This document shows, piece by piece, positions 50,861 through 63,646 of a DNA stretch of 64,000 bases. Numbering within the stretch: the first letter of the stretch is position 1; each line of letters starts with the position of its first letter. Location of the stretch: contig NC_068990.1 in NCBI RefSeq assembly GCF_001194135.2, forward strand, positions 57,630,539 to 57,694,538, given 5' to 3'. The stretch is from Octopus bimaculoides. Its lineage: Eukaryota. Made by a program: the position numbers and the translations under genes. The notes beneath the pieces are model-generated. The model did no database searches and had not been told where the DNA came from. It saw nothing but the letters and a program-made list of their open reading frames with translations.

Positions 50861-51522
50861 ATTAATGGCTAACTGAATAGTAAAGTGAATAACTTCATAA
50901 TTTATTATCTAACAAAATTCTGACTAAAATATATAAAAAAAAAAAAATAGAAAGGCCCCTAATTTTCAAATGCTAGGAATTTTTGATTAAAAATATAATT
51001 TCTTCTGTAGATCCGTTAATTGTGGTCTTAGCTAAATATAGAACATTAACAAGTAGACGATAGACATAGCCTCAGATTGTATAAAGCATTCTAGTTAGAT
51101 GTAATGTTTAGCGTCATTAAGACTTCCAGATTTATGTCTCATAGCAATAAGCTATTATTGAAGACATCATTAATTATAACGTAGGAAAAATTGCCACAAC
51201 ATATACAAGCTAAAAAGCAGAAATAAATTAAAATACACCCCTGATACCCATGAGTTTATGCAATAGATAAGGAGCACAATACTGAAAAATGATGCTATTT
51301 CGAAATATGTTAGCTCCGTATGTGTGTGTATGTTTCCCTGTGTACTTTTCTCTATGTGTTTTTCTGTGTTTATTTGTATGTGTCCATGTATCTTTTTCTA
51401 TACCAATAACATTCTTTATTGGCAGTTCACAAGATTTTAGAAAATTTTGAAACAGCTTCGACAACGAATGAATGCTGACGACAAGAATTGTGTTAGTGGG
51501 AGTAACATCAGCCTAGTCCTGA

Positions 51523-51890
51523 GTTGTTGTTGTTGGCCCTCCGTCGCTTACGACGTCGAGGGTTCTAGTTGATCCGATCGACAGAACAGCCTGCTCGTGA
51601 AATTAACGTGCAAGTGACTGAGCACTCCACAGACACGTGTACCCTTAACGTAGTTCTCGGGGATATTCAGCGTGACACAGTGTGACAAGGCTGACCCTTT
51701 GAATTACAGGCACAACAGAAACAGGAAGTAAGAGAAAGTTGTTGTGGAAGAGTACAGCAGGGTTCGCCACCATCTCCTGCTGGAGCTTTTAGGTGTTTTC
51801 GCTCAATAAACACTCACAACGCCCGGTCTGGGAATCGAAACCGCGATCCTACAACCGCGAGTCCGCTGCTCTGACCACTGGGCAATTGCG
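51523..51890 (-). mobile_element. SINE family C, near full length
   Basis: Highly similar to 21209-21591, with a (CAA)n tail. Confidence 0.92.
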
Positions 51891-52329
51891 TATATAAACA
51901 ATAAACTAACATAGGTTGTGGGAAATTAACTCCATATTGGTCAAAAACTGTCCAAAGTATTTTGTAACTATGAAGAGAAAGATTAGTCATTAGGTTATGA
52001 CTTTTTTCTCTCCTTGGTATCTATAGCAATTATGCGTATTGCTGAAATCAGTAGTTGTTGGTAGTGTCAGTAAGTAATGTCTTTTTAGAAATGTCTTATG
52101 GTCCAATAAACTTTTGACAAATTCTTAAAACGAGAAGGAGCCAGGTGAGACCTGGAGCTACATGGAATGGCATATTTCGAAGTTAAGAAATTAAATCCAT
52201 CATGGTCAACGCGTTTTATCAAATTGGAGTGATCTGGAAAATATTACGACTTGGTAACTGCAATTTGCTGCTAGAGACGTAAAGATAATGGCGGGGAATT
52301 AAGGAGAATTTTAACAAGGTTTTCTTGTA

Positions 52330-52560
52330 TATGTGAAGTGTGGAGTTGACAGTAAAACAAGCAGCAAATGCAGTGTTTTATCTGCAGGAGTACATTTCTT
52401 GTAACCATCTTGATTTTCAAGCAATGGCGGGTATAAATATTCTAAAACGTCCGTAAGACAAAACACCACCGTTGGCAATACAACAGACTGCATCCTGCAA
52501 CTTATATGGTGAGAAAGCCTATAGGCCGTGAAATACGGAAAACTAGATAAATTTGCTATG
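52330..52560 (-). mobile_element. Possible LINE RT relic (RTE-like)
   Basis: LEYLYPPLLENQDGYKK resembles the L.ENQ.GFR motif; weak. Confidence 0.3.
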
Positions 52561-52615
52561 TTTGTAATTTTACTATATAGTTTTACCTGTATTATATTGT
52601 ACATTGATAGACAAA

Positions 52616-52745
52616 GCGACGAGCTGGCAGAATCGTTAGCACACAGGGGAAAAATGCTTAGCAGTATTTCGCCTATCTTTAAATTAAGTACTAGATGAAT
52701 ACTGGAGTCGAAATTGCTGACCTTGTGCCAAAATTTGAAACATAT
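52616..52745 (+). mobile_element. SINE family B, internally deleted
   Basis: agcgacgagctggcagaatcgttagcac...ccttgtgccaaaatttgaaac. Confidence 0.85.
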
Positions 52746-52999
52746 ACTGTTTATTGACACTGTATGGACCGAGATGCCCATCGACAGACGATATATATTA
52801 AATAAAGTGTTAAACACTTAATGCTCCAGTTCTCTGTAGCTACAGTATTCGTTGAGTTTATATACAAATCGGCTGCTTATCTCCCTGAGTTTAGTCAAAC
52901 GATGTAGACACCTACAAGGAGAACCAATATGGCTCGGAAATCGATGAAGGTTGTTCATTTTTTTATAATCTGCAGATTTTCCATGTTTGCATTTCTATT

Positions 53000-54612
53000 A
53001 TATAGATTTATATAATATGTTCTCAAGACGGCTGCTTTCTCTGTTACTGGATGAGGAAACGCCTCCTATATGGCGATGAAGAGATATGGCAATGAATGAT
53101 ATTTATCACAGGTTATGCAAGCAGTAATTTTTGCCAGAACACCTACAGCTCAGCTTCAAGGAAACGACTTGGGATTTTGGAGAATGTAATGTTTGATTGC
53201 ATAGAAACATACTTTGGAGGATGACATTGATCTTTTGATTAAGTCTTAGTTGATAAGTAAAGTACATTTCATAGTGAGTGGAATCAATGTAAGGTTTTCG
53301 AATGTTTGACTAGATTTTAGCTGATCTGAAATACCAGATAATTTGAGAGTATGGTTGTTGTATAGTAGGAAGACATGTTATAGTTAACTTTGAATAAACT
53401 GTCATCAGACTGTGGTGATGGAGCCATTGGCAGCGATGACAGGACAATGGCTAGGTAAGGATTTGGTTATGAGGTGAAAATGTGATCAAAAAGTATTTGG
53501 AATGACAGTGTTTCGTTTCGAGATGCAGGTTTTTAATGACACCAACTAACGTAGGTATTTCAAGGTGACAAAAGATTCGGTTTCTGTACCAGCAGTGTCG
53601 TTAGGAAAGCATTAAGCAGTCAGGAATAGTTGGGTACACTGAAGCCACTGAAGATTGTGACTTCAATTTCATGTACGATAGACGACCTCAATGCAGAGTT
53701 AGAGATAGTTGAAAAGCTGCCAGTGGCTGAAAGTATTTGAATAAAGTCAAAGAGGATGGTGGATTTAGAAGCAGAAGCAGAAGGAAAAGAGAGTTTGAAG
53801 GCAGTTGTGATGCTGAAGTTTGTATAAGAGATGAGCGTTATAAAGTGTTCCTTTTACAAAGGTGGTGACATGACCAATGAGAAGAATCTGGATTAATTAC
53901 GCACCCCATACCACCACATACTCACTTCCCTTATGCCCATCTCTANNNNNNNNNNCCCACCTGACTTCTAACCCCCTTTCTTCCCTATTTTTTCCAAACA
54001 CCTTTTCATATTTTATTTTCATTTTTCTGATGACGGATCAGCATCCAAAGCCTTAAAAATCTCCCTTGTTTCTCAGCGTTAAGCTAACATGAAACTTGTT
54101 AGAACTTGTCTCAGTGTTATCATCTTTCACTACACGACGCTTTTTATGAAATTTAACCTAGACAGTAGAAACGGATTAGAAATAGAGAATTGTAACTGAC
54201 GAGAGACACGGAATTGCTGTGGGTTCTTCTTATTGTAGTGTCTAATTCATACTGTACATACTTTTCATAAATTTGTAATGTTCGTGTTGATGTTAAAGGT
54301 TTTTCATAACTTATAGTTAAAAGGAGCATACTGAACAAATTGTAAACGACATGGTTACATATTAAATGGTAATGCATACGGCGTTTGTCCTGTACATCTA
54401 GAAAATAACAGTCTGTATATTCGTAAACTACTACTATTATGCACGTTACTTCTGAAACAAGAACGTAGCAGTAGAATAAATGATATATATGTACATCACG
54501 CTCCACTGTAGCATCTCTCTCATACGAACTTCAGTATAACAATTGCCTTCAAACCCTCTTTTCCTTCTGCTTCTGCTTCGAAATCTATCCTCTTTGACTT
54601 TATTCAAATTTT
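53000..54612. mobile_element. Possible Penelope-like element relic in inverted arrangement
   Basis: ~98-bp inverted duplication (53736-53833 vs 54512-54608), strand-biased decayed ORF-like sequence on minus, and a degenerate CTGATGA-stem-AAA core at 54027. The family assignment is inference. Confidence 0.4.
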
Positions 54613-54789
54613 TTACTTCATGTGATTTGTAGTCTGTTTATTTCCAGGCACAAAGCTGGAATTTCAAATGAGTACGTTAACAAGGTCTAAAATAATTAAC
54701 AGTTAATTCAGAAACAAATATAACGGATGGGATTCAAGGTGATAGAAGGTGAAATTGCCAATATGTGCGATCCGTTTTAATTCATTCAT

Positions 54790-55157
54790 TACTCTTTTAC
54801 TTGTTTCAGTCATTTGACTGCGGCCATGCTGGAGCACCGCCTTTAGTTGAGAAAATCGACCCCAGGACTTATTCTTTGTAAGCCTAGAACTTATTCTATC
54901 GGTCTCTTTTTGCCGAACCGCTAAGTTACGGGGACATAAACACACCAGCACTGGTTGTCAAGTGATGGTGGGGGACAAGCACAGACACACAAACACACAT
55001 ACATATATATATAAACATATATACGACGGGCTTCTTTCAGTTTCCGTCTACCAAATCCACTCACAAGGCTTTGGTCGGCCCGAGGCTAAAGTAGAAGACA
55101 ATTGCCCAAGGTGCCACGCACTGGGACTGAACCCGGAACCATGTGGTTGGTAAGCAT
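54790..55157 (-). mobile_element. SINE family A, near full length
   Basis: Highly similar to 42360-42740; the first ~20 nt of the head are missing. Confidence 0.93.
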
Positions 55158-56194
55158 GTTAATTTCATTTTTAAAGTCTATTCAAGTTTTAATAACCAAA
55201 TAGTAAATTTTAAACCAGGAACTAAGTACTACGTGAAACGTTTTGCGCAGCAAAGAATGAAGACATTCTTTAAAAAAGATATAAAATGAAGTTATAAACA
55301 AAGGATAATAAATGTTGAAAACGATAGCCTAAAGTATTTCATAGGCAATGTTCCAGGATAATCTAGTTAGCAATGTGTGTGCGTGCGTGTGTGCATGTGT
55401 GCGCGCGTCTGTGTGTACGTGTCGCTTTGTCTGCGTGTGTGCATGCATGTCTGTATATATATATATACTGTATTACATAACATATATATGTATGTATATA
55501 CGCAGGTAAATATATGTATACATACACACACACGCACATATCTATATATATACACACAGACATGTACATACATACACACATACATACATTCATGCGCAAC
55601 CGAGCGTCTGTGTGGGTGTGTAAGGAATATTTCTTGTATGAATATCGCTAGACTGTTAGATTGGTATTATATAAATCAAATGTATCTATCTATTCAGGTG
55701 ACTAAGTCGATAACCATTATATTTAAGCAGATGCTCTTAGATTTCACTGCGAACACTTTTACGGATGATGTGACAACTTGCAAACGAAAGATAAAAGACG
55801 AAACTGAAAATATAAAAAAAAATGTAGCTCCTTAATTCAAAACTATTTAACTTTTATTAAAATGGCTTACTTGTTTTATTTATCATATATATATGGATGA
55901 TATAGAAAAGGTAAACAAAAAAGAAAGAAAAGGCAGTCTATTCTATTTATGAGTCTGATGTCGCTTAAATTCCGTAACAGAAAATCACAATCTTTATGGC
56001 GAAAACATTACGTAATTTTCGAAGTAATTATTTCCGTTTTCTCTGTTTTCTAACTTTCAAAACTATATATTATTTACATCATGACGTATTTTAAAAGATG
56101 AGCCAAGAAACCAACTGGCAAAGAAGCATGTGAAATGAGATGTATTGGCGAACAGTCTGAAAGAACAGTAGCTATAAGTATGCATTATGCATAT

Positions 56195-56210
56195 ACACAC
56201 ACACCCACAC

Positions 56211-56295
<85 letters not shown>
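56195..56295. repeat. (CA)n microsatellite
   Basis: Directly visible; a second (CA)n lies at 57128-57172. Confidence 0.95.
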
Positions 56296-56297
<2 letters not shown>

Positions 56298-57125
56298 TAC
56301 AAACAAACATGCATAGAGGTTGAGAAGCTATAAATCTGTTTGGTATTCAGCCATATATTTGCTAACCAGTTTAGGAGTAAGGTGTCGTAATTACATATCA
56401 CGTTCTAACGTAGGTGTCACTATCTTCTACCATTAATCCATCAATACATCACTTCGTGTCACTTCTTGGCTACTTTTTCTTATTTTCTTCTCACCTGCTG
56501 ACTTTCTCTTCAATTTTTGCATGGTTCACACTATTTCTTTCTTCGGTTTCTTTCATTCATTTATATACTTTCTTTCATGCCAGACACTTTCTCGGGCGCC
56601 GTTTCTTTTTGTTTTATTAATAATGCGCTTCCTTTTTCTCTTAGAACATAAATATCCTCGTAACCACACTTATATAGACAAAAAGTTTTCTTATTTTTTT
56701 CTCTTCTCTCTCTCTCTTTTCTTCTTTAATACATCCCCGCTATTTATTAACCACGATTCCTTGTCATTTTATAGTTTTCGTCGACAGTTTTTTTATTCTT
56801 GTTCATTCTTCTCTCTGCATGTGGTCTATGAACTGCTATTGCCTGCTGTCATAATCGAACGACCAAGATAAATAGGAATGTCATGTTTAGAAACAATCTT
56901 TTCCATTTTCTATCAGCTGAGCGGTATTCATTGATGTCAGCCAGCAGTCATCTCTCATCGTTCGTGCTGCAGTTGTCTACAAACACACTTGTCTATTTCC
57001 GAATGCTTACAATCGTATCGCTGCTGATATCAGTAACCAAACACCGAGTTTAAAGTATGCATCTGAGAAAGAAATACTGCTGTCTACTATTCATGTACAC
57101 ATACATAAATACACCCACATGCACA

Positions 57126-57175
<50 letters not shown>

Positions 57176-59399
57176 CACACGTTGTTGCTTTGCAAAGTTA
57201 GACGAAAGCCCATCGCAAGTTTTATAGGATTACATCGCCAAAGCTATCTCTCAAGGGCAAATAAGAGAGAATTATATCGATAAAACCAATTTAATGCCTG
57301 CTAGATGAATAAGCGACAGTGGCCACTTACGTTTTGGATAAGATCACCAAGTTCATGAACCAGTATTTCATTTTTCATCGCCAAATAAAAACAGAGAAGA
57401 AATTGTTAGAATGTATCTTAAAGAAGAGATGAAATAAAAAAATAAAAAAAATCATAGACGGAAAATAAAACGAAAGCTTTTATTTTAATGCTTGGGATAT
57501 ATTAGTTTTTGGTAGAAATAAATGTAAAAATGGAATCAGGATAAGTGATAAATGATAAAGTAAAAGTAAGAAAGTAAAAAGAAGGACAGGAAAACGAAAA
57601 ACAACGAATGAGAAATGTGATGTTTGCTACAAAGGTCGAATAATAAAAGGCGAAAAAAACAAACAAAAACAATTCGAATGAGTTGCCGGACATTAGCTGG
57701 ACATCAGAGATAAACTATCCATCAGACGAGTTGTAAACTTCAATAGTGAGAAGCATGTGCTGTTCCCAGTATAGAATACTCGGCAGTAAAAATGTATTTC
57801 ATTTTCAGGAAGGAAAAAAAAAGTAGTTTAGAGGTAGGGACAGAATGAAGATAAAATCAGTCGGTTTGCTGTGTAGCGAAGAAGACAATTAGTTAACTTT
57901 ATTGGTTACATGGGAATGAATGTCTTCGATTGACGTTCGCAACCTTATCTTGGTCTCCCAAGAAAGGAAAGCATACTTTTAGGAGATCATAATATAAAAG
58001 AAAAGTATTGACGTAAAACTTTTATTAACCGATCTATTTGAGGAGGCAAAAACAGTCGTATCCAGAAGTAATCCGCCATTTCCAACAAATGATATTAGCC
58101 ACAGAGGAAATTCACATGAAATTTTTGCTGTTAATGTAATCGCAGTTTATATCACCATCATCAATATTACCACCATCACCATCATTATTATTGTCATCAG
58201 CCGCAGCAGCAGCAACATTCTAACCCGTGATGGCTACTTTTTAGTAGGAGGCTCAAAAATAAAAGTCCTTGAAAAATACGTCAATGGGACTTAGTTCTTC
58301 AATCAGAGGCATTGTTTACAGTTGAGTTCGGCTATCTGTTGTTAATGGTACTGGGATTCCAGCTTGCATTTCTCATCAATTCTTTCAGTCTCATTCCCAT
58401 ACCAAGTTATACATGTATATTACAACTGTTATCTAAAATCAATAAAGGAATCGGTTAAAAGAAATGAGGTTTTTGATCATGAACACGAGATTTTTTGTAG
58501 TATTGAACAATACCAATTTAATTTACTCCCAAAACACTGATTAACTTACTCATTTTTATCGTTATAAATTTATAATCGGAAAAGCGAATTTAACCGCTGC
58601 TTCACAGTTAACACTGTAACATAAAATATTTAAATATATAAAAGATTAATTATAAGCTTATTTATTAATATCTGTAAATAAACGCAAAGACTGTTAGTAA
58701 ACTAGTAACAAGGCAGAAATCACAATAACACGGGAGGAAAAGAAAGCCGAAAATGACACACTACATCATTCCTTATTACAGTTGACTACTGCGATTTTCC
58801 AGCAAGATCGATGCACTATTTAGCATTAAAGATTAATTTGAAATCCAAGTAACCAAAATACCTCGCCAAAGAGATACCGAGAGCAGAAGGCAGTTCTAAG
58901 TGGTTGTATTTGAGAAGTGAGCCCTCTGCCAGAGAAGAGATCTCTCCGCCAGAGAAGAGACATTTGTGTCAGCGAAGCAACCAATCTAGACCATTCAGGT
59001 GAAGCGAACATGTTAAGCGGCGAAACGCCTGTGACCCTAAAATACCTGCTTATCATACAGAAGGGTTTTCAACACTGCGATAGATTTAGTTACCATTAAG
59101 CGAAGAATCTGCAACATCTTATGTAGCTCCAGTAGTTTTTGTATGTGGAAAAACATATCTGATATTTATTTCGAGCATTTCTCAGAGATGGCAAACAAAT
59201 TCTAATTTATATTTCTTATACAACAATAACTGAATTTCAAAACTATGAGACTCAGAGATGTCCATGCTTTTTGAAATACCATTAATAACGAGAAGAAAGT
59301 TAATTGGTTACATTTCAGAATCGAAAAAGAATGGATTGTAAACCTAGTTTTCTTTGTGATTACTGTTCACGGTACCTTTGTAACCCAAGGTACACTTTT

Positions 59400-60350
59400 A
59401 AGTCAAATTAGTAAACCTCTATGTATTCATTGTGACCTGCTAGAAAAAGCAACCAAATATTTCTGAATTCACACTCTACCATCTTAAATAGAATACAAAG
59501 GACGCTGTAGTTCATGTTACGCAAGAGGAAGGGATGATCATGGTCGAGAAGCTTTTGATTGTTAATTTGTTCAGTCATAGCTGACCTGGAGCTAAATAAC
59601 AACAGCAAACTTCATTATAAAGGCAGTTGTGACATTCATACATTTCTCAGTTAGGAATGTGTGAACAATAGTTAGCGTGAAAGGAATTCAACCGGCAATT
59701 GAAACATCCTTGCATTTAGTCTATGACGTTCGTCACTCCAGTTATATAGTTATACAACATGTAACATTTTTTTCATGTAAATCTTTAAAATATTTAAAGT
59801 AACTCGTTAATATGCATTGCGACTTATAGTGAGAAATATTGCCTGTGGCTACGATAAAGGCTAAATACACAAAAAGAATATTATATTGTAATATTATATG
59901 CATGTGTGTGGAAATTGTACGGATAATAGAGAACAAGCCTAGAGGCATTAAGATATCTAGTTTTGATTTTCGCTTTTTAATGATAATAAGAGTTTATTAA
60001 TTCATCAATGTTAGAGTCGATAAAGTAAATATTAGCAAAAACAGAAGAATGACTCAAAAGACAATATCTCTTTTCAAACGAAACTTGACCTCATAGCAAG
60101 TCCAAAGATGTAATTGTACAGGGATATGTTGTAGTTGTTGTTGTTTAACAGCAAGTCAGTTCTGACGAGTACATTTACGATCAAAAGTATTACCACTCTG
60201 ACCATTCTTTTTGTTTCTTTTTTCTGTTTCAGACATAGCATATCTAGGAATACATCATCAACTGTTCACTTAATTTCTCAAGAGATTATAGAGTAGTTTC
60301 AGGAAAATTTTTACTCCTGCTATTCTTAGCAGATCAAGCGAGCTGGCAGA
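59400..60350. mobile_element. Two inverted copies of a further SINE/LINE-tail-like repeat (family E)
   Basis: 59400-59610 ends tagctgacctggagctaaataacaac; 60130-60350 begins ttgttgtttaacagcaagtcag...gatcaaaag...gaccat; a fragment also lies at ~48790-48870. Confidence 0.5.
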
Positions 60351-61369
60351 AGCCTCCGTTAGCAATATTGGGTGCACTTAAACACTGTTCCATTCCGAGC
60401 TAGGGAACTTTCATTTCACATACACCGTTTATGCCGCTAGAAATGGATTGAGTCGCGAGTCCCGCTTTCCTCTTCTATAATAATTCCCGGATTAATGTTT
60501 TTATAATGAATAGCCATTGATTTCTATGATGAGTACTGTGAAATAAAACTATATTCTTGAGCAATTTGAGTTCAAGATACGGTTTTTCCTATTTTCACTT
60601 TACATAAATTCATATAAACCTTTGGAAAATCATGAAAAATACAGAATCATATACAGAAAAAATAATACCATTACTTGGGCAGTGAGTGCCATAAATTTAA
60701 GTTTACTATAAGACTAGTTTGTGCAACTCATCTCGATTGCTGCTTGGAAACTTACACTTTATATTATTGATGTCATTAATGCAAGGTTAAAGGTGATTTA
60801 GATTAGGATAAAACTGATTTTGAGTAGGGCAATGGAAACTTAAGCTATGATAATGTCAGTCTTATTACTAGGGCTAGTTTTTTCGAGCACCGAGACGTTT
60901 AAAACATCTGAATTCAAAAGAACGAGATTAAATATTGTAGGGAACGTGACCCTTACCGTTGCTGTTACCTTACCGATATAAAAATTGTATATAGAGCTAA
61001 AAAGCATTTAATTTTAGTTCTTTATCCTATGTCTGAATAATGTTTGCTAAAAGCATTTAATTTCAGTTCTTTGTTCAATGTTTGAAAAAGTTTGGCGCGA
61101 AAACTGCTTTGGGATCATTATACATCGCATTAAATATAGAAATGTGTAATGGGGAAAGATTTTATAGGAGTGATGCATGTACTTATGTAAACTAACGACA
61201 AACGTAGAGGTTGGTTCCTCTTTTGCTTTCGACTGTTTAGAAAAGTACGACGAAGAAAAACTTTATAGGAAATTGAAAATTAATATATACATCCTATAAA
61301 CAAACACAGGTCATATGATAGCTAACAATAAATATACCATTCTGTGAACTACAACAATATTACAACAGT

Positions 61370-61600
61370 TTGTATCAAGGAAGTTATGAGACGCATATTG
61401 GCGTTAATAAAGTTGGATGGAGGAGGACACTGGTGCATTGATGTGACATTAAGAAGCTTGTTGGAAGACTAAACTTTGGAAGAATCATAAAAGAATGGCA
61501 AGTTTTGTTTAATGCTTTCGATGAAGGCACTAATAAAACCTGCAGGTGTTGAATGTGCAACTAATTATTATCAGCTATTAAAACTTAAGTAGAATATATT
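61370..61600 (+). mobile_element. Possible Ty3/Gypsy integrase zinc-finger relic
   Basis: HIGVNKV...W...DIKKLV, then KPAG in another frame; heavily decayed. Confidence 0.3.
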
Positions 61601-62793
61601 TCTCTATCAATGCTGTAAGTTTCATGTCTAATTGCTCAGTAAAAGCAATTTAGACATAGAAATAAATCTCTTTTGTTTAATCTTTGTTTAAATATTTGTC
61701 ATAAATGGATACTACTGACAAAAACGTGACACCTAATTTGATAAGAAATATCAACTAAAGTGTGGTAGGACAGAGACTAAAAGATTAAATTGTTGTCAAC
61801 ACCACCTACTGAGTAATTATTATAGCCTCACTACACTACAGGGAAGGCAATCGAGTTCTTACTATAGAGACATAGTTATTTATACCGCCTGTTACGAAAT
61901 TACATTTGGTTGATTGTGAGATGGTGATCATAGAACAATATAAAAGTAAATTAAATACCTTCAGAACCCCCAGAGCCTCATCAAAACTAGTGTTTGACTC
62001 CAATTTTATAGCATAAAGCGGAAGAGTCGTACATTTCTCCCTGCTCTTAGTTAGGGTACTAGTCTGCCAGAATTAAATTTCCCAGTTGATCAAGAATGAA
62101 TACTTTCCATATAGATAACATGCAAGAAATATATTGCGCAAATACAAATTAAAACCTGCAATTAAGTTGAATATAAAACATTCAAGAAAAACCATGTAGC
62201 ATATAGATCATATACTGGAAAACAGATTTGTGTATATACTTTTCAGCGAAAACTTAAGGGCCTCAAAGTCTAAGAGAAGTGATTTCGAGATATTCTAGTC
62301 TCATTATATATATATACACACAAACACACACACACACGCATAAACCATAAAAGGTCAGGAGGTATGAGAGGTGAATATACTTATTTAAACACTTATCATC
62401 TTTAGGATTACAACCGTATCGCTGTCTACTCCATGTAATGATAAGTTCGGTGTATATTCAGTTTATTATTACACGAAGAAGGCTGCGAAAAAGTCGTAGT
62501 CATAAGGATTACAAATGGTTAAATAAATATATTCACCTCTTATACCTCTAAACATTTTAGGGATTACGTACTTTTCGTGAGATAATTTCATCAATCAGAT
62601 CTCCTGGATTTCAGTTGCCTGGAACTCTGCATTATACTCCTCAGTATTGGATAACTATATGGTCTGTTAGCCAAGTACGCGAGAGGAGCTTCTTGGGATA
62701 GCCACACGATTCTTTGAATCTTTTTACACACAGCCACACACAGACACACACACACCTAGGTATGTATATAGGTGTATATATATNNNNNNNNNN

Positions 62794-63200
62794 CTGAACC
62801 ACAAAAGAAACGTCGCTCACATACTAAATAGAAACCGGTATCACGTGATGACGGAGTGTCCTGGATCCAAAGAGATGAATTAAATATCTTGTGCGACCAC
62901 CGTTAGCGTTGATTCCCGTCAGACATCTTCTGTACATTGAATGCACCAAGCGATTGATGAAGGCCATGGGGATAGCAGTCCACACTTTGTTAAAACTTGC
63001 AGTGAGTTGTGATGCAGTTGTTGGATGTCATTTAACCTTCTTTGGATTTCGTCCCACAAGTGCTCTATGGGGTTCAAGTCCGACTTAGAGCAGGCCATGA
63101 CAGTGTCTGGATGTTGTACTGTTGGAGGAAGTTTGTTGTCAACCTGGCAATATGGACACGGGCGTTCTCGTGTAGAAACACGTGATTATGATGACGGGCA
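62794..63200 (-). mobile_element. Tc1-family (DD34E) transposase C-terminal relic
   Basis: FLHENARVHIARLTTNFLQQYNIQTLSWPA / DLNPIEHLWDEIQRRL / WTAIPMAFINRLVHSMYRRC...NGGRTRY. Confidence 0.88.
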
Positions 63201-63355
63201 AAGTATGACACAATGTTGTACTCTTTCACCCCAACTTTCTCTCACTCTTCTTGAGTAACGTTGCGATGGACTGGCGTCCTGTCCAGCGGACGGGGGAACA
63301 CATAAGCCATAAAAACCGGGCCCATGAGCCTGGTTAGGCTTTAAAAGGGTGCATA
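63200..63355 (+). mobile_element. SINE fragment: family C mid-region with a different tail
   Basis: gtactctttcaccccaactttctctcactct (as in C), then gcgatggactggcgtcctgtccag...gggcccatgagcctgg. Confidence 0.6.
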
Positions 63356-63484
63356 AATAAATATATGTATATAAAGTAGTATTATTGCCATTATTTACAG
63401 TAATAATAAGGTGGCTAGCAAGTTCACACCTTTACAGGTACGATATAAAGTAATTTAAAATTAAGTAGGGTATATTATACCACT

Positions 63485-63574
63485 TGCTAAAATCGGAGCC
63501 ATAGCTCCAAAAGCCACCATAAATATTACGTAATATTTATGGTAGCTTTTGGAGCTATGGCTTTGATTTTAGCA
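63485..63574. repeat. 90-nt near-perfect zero-spacer palindrome
   Basis: 45-nt arms centred at 63529/63530, 3 mismatches. Confidence 0.92.
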
Positions 63575-63601
63575 TGATGCATTAAATACCCAAACTATAA
63601 C

Positions 63602-63607
<6 letters not shown>

Positions 63608-63646
<39 letters not shown>
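63608..63646. repeat. (TAA)13 microsatellite
   Basis: 39 nt of pure TAA. Confidence 0.97.

Noticed and set aside
58140-58215. His/Gln-rich stretch resembling a transcription-factor low-complexity region
   Set aside because: The frame closes immediately (HSNP*) and the nearby ATG gives MATF*; at most UTR-type repeat.
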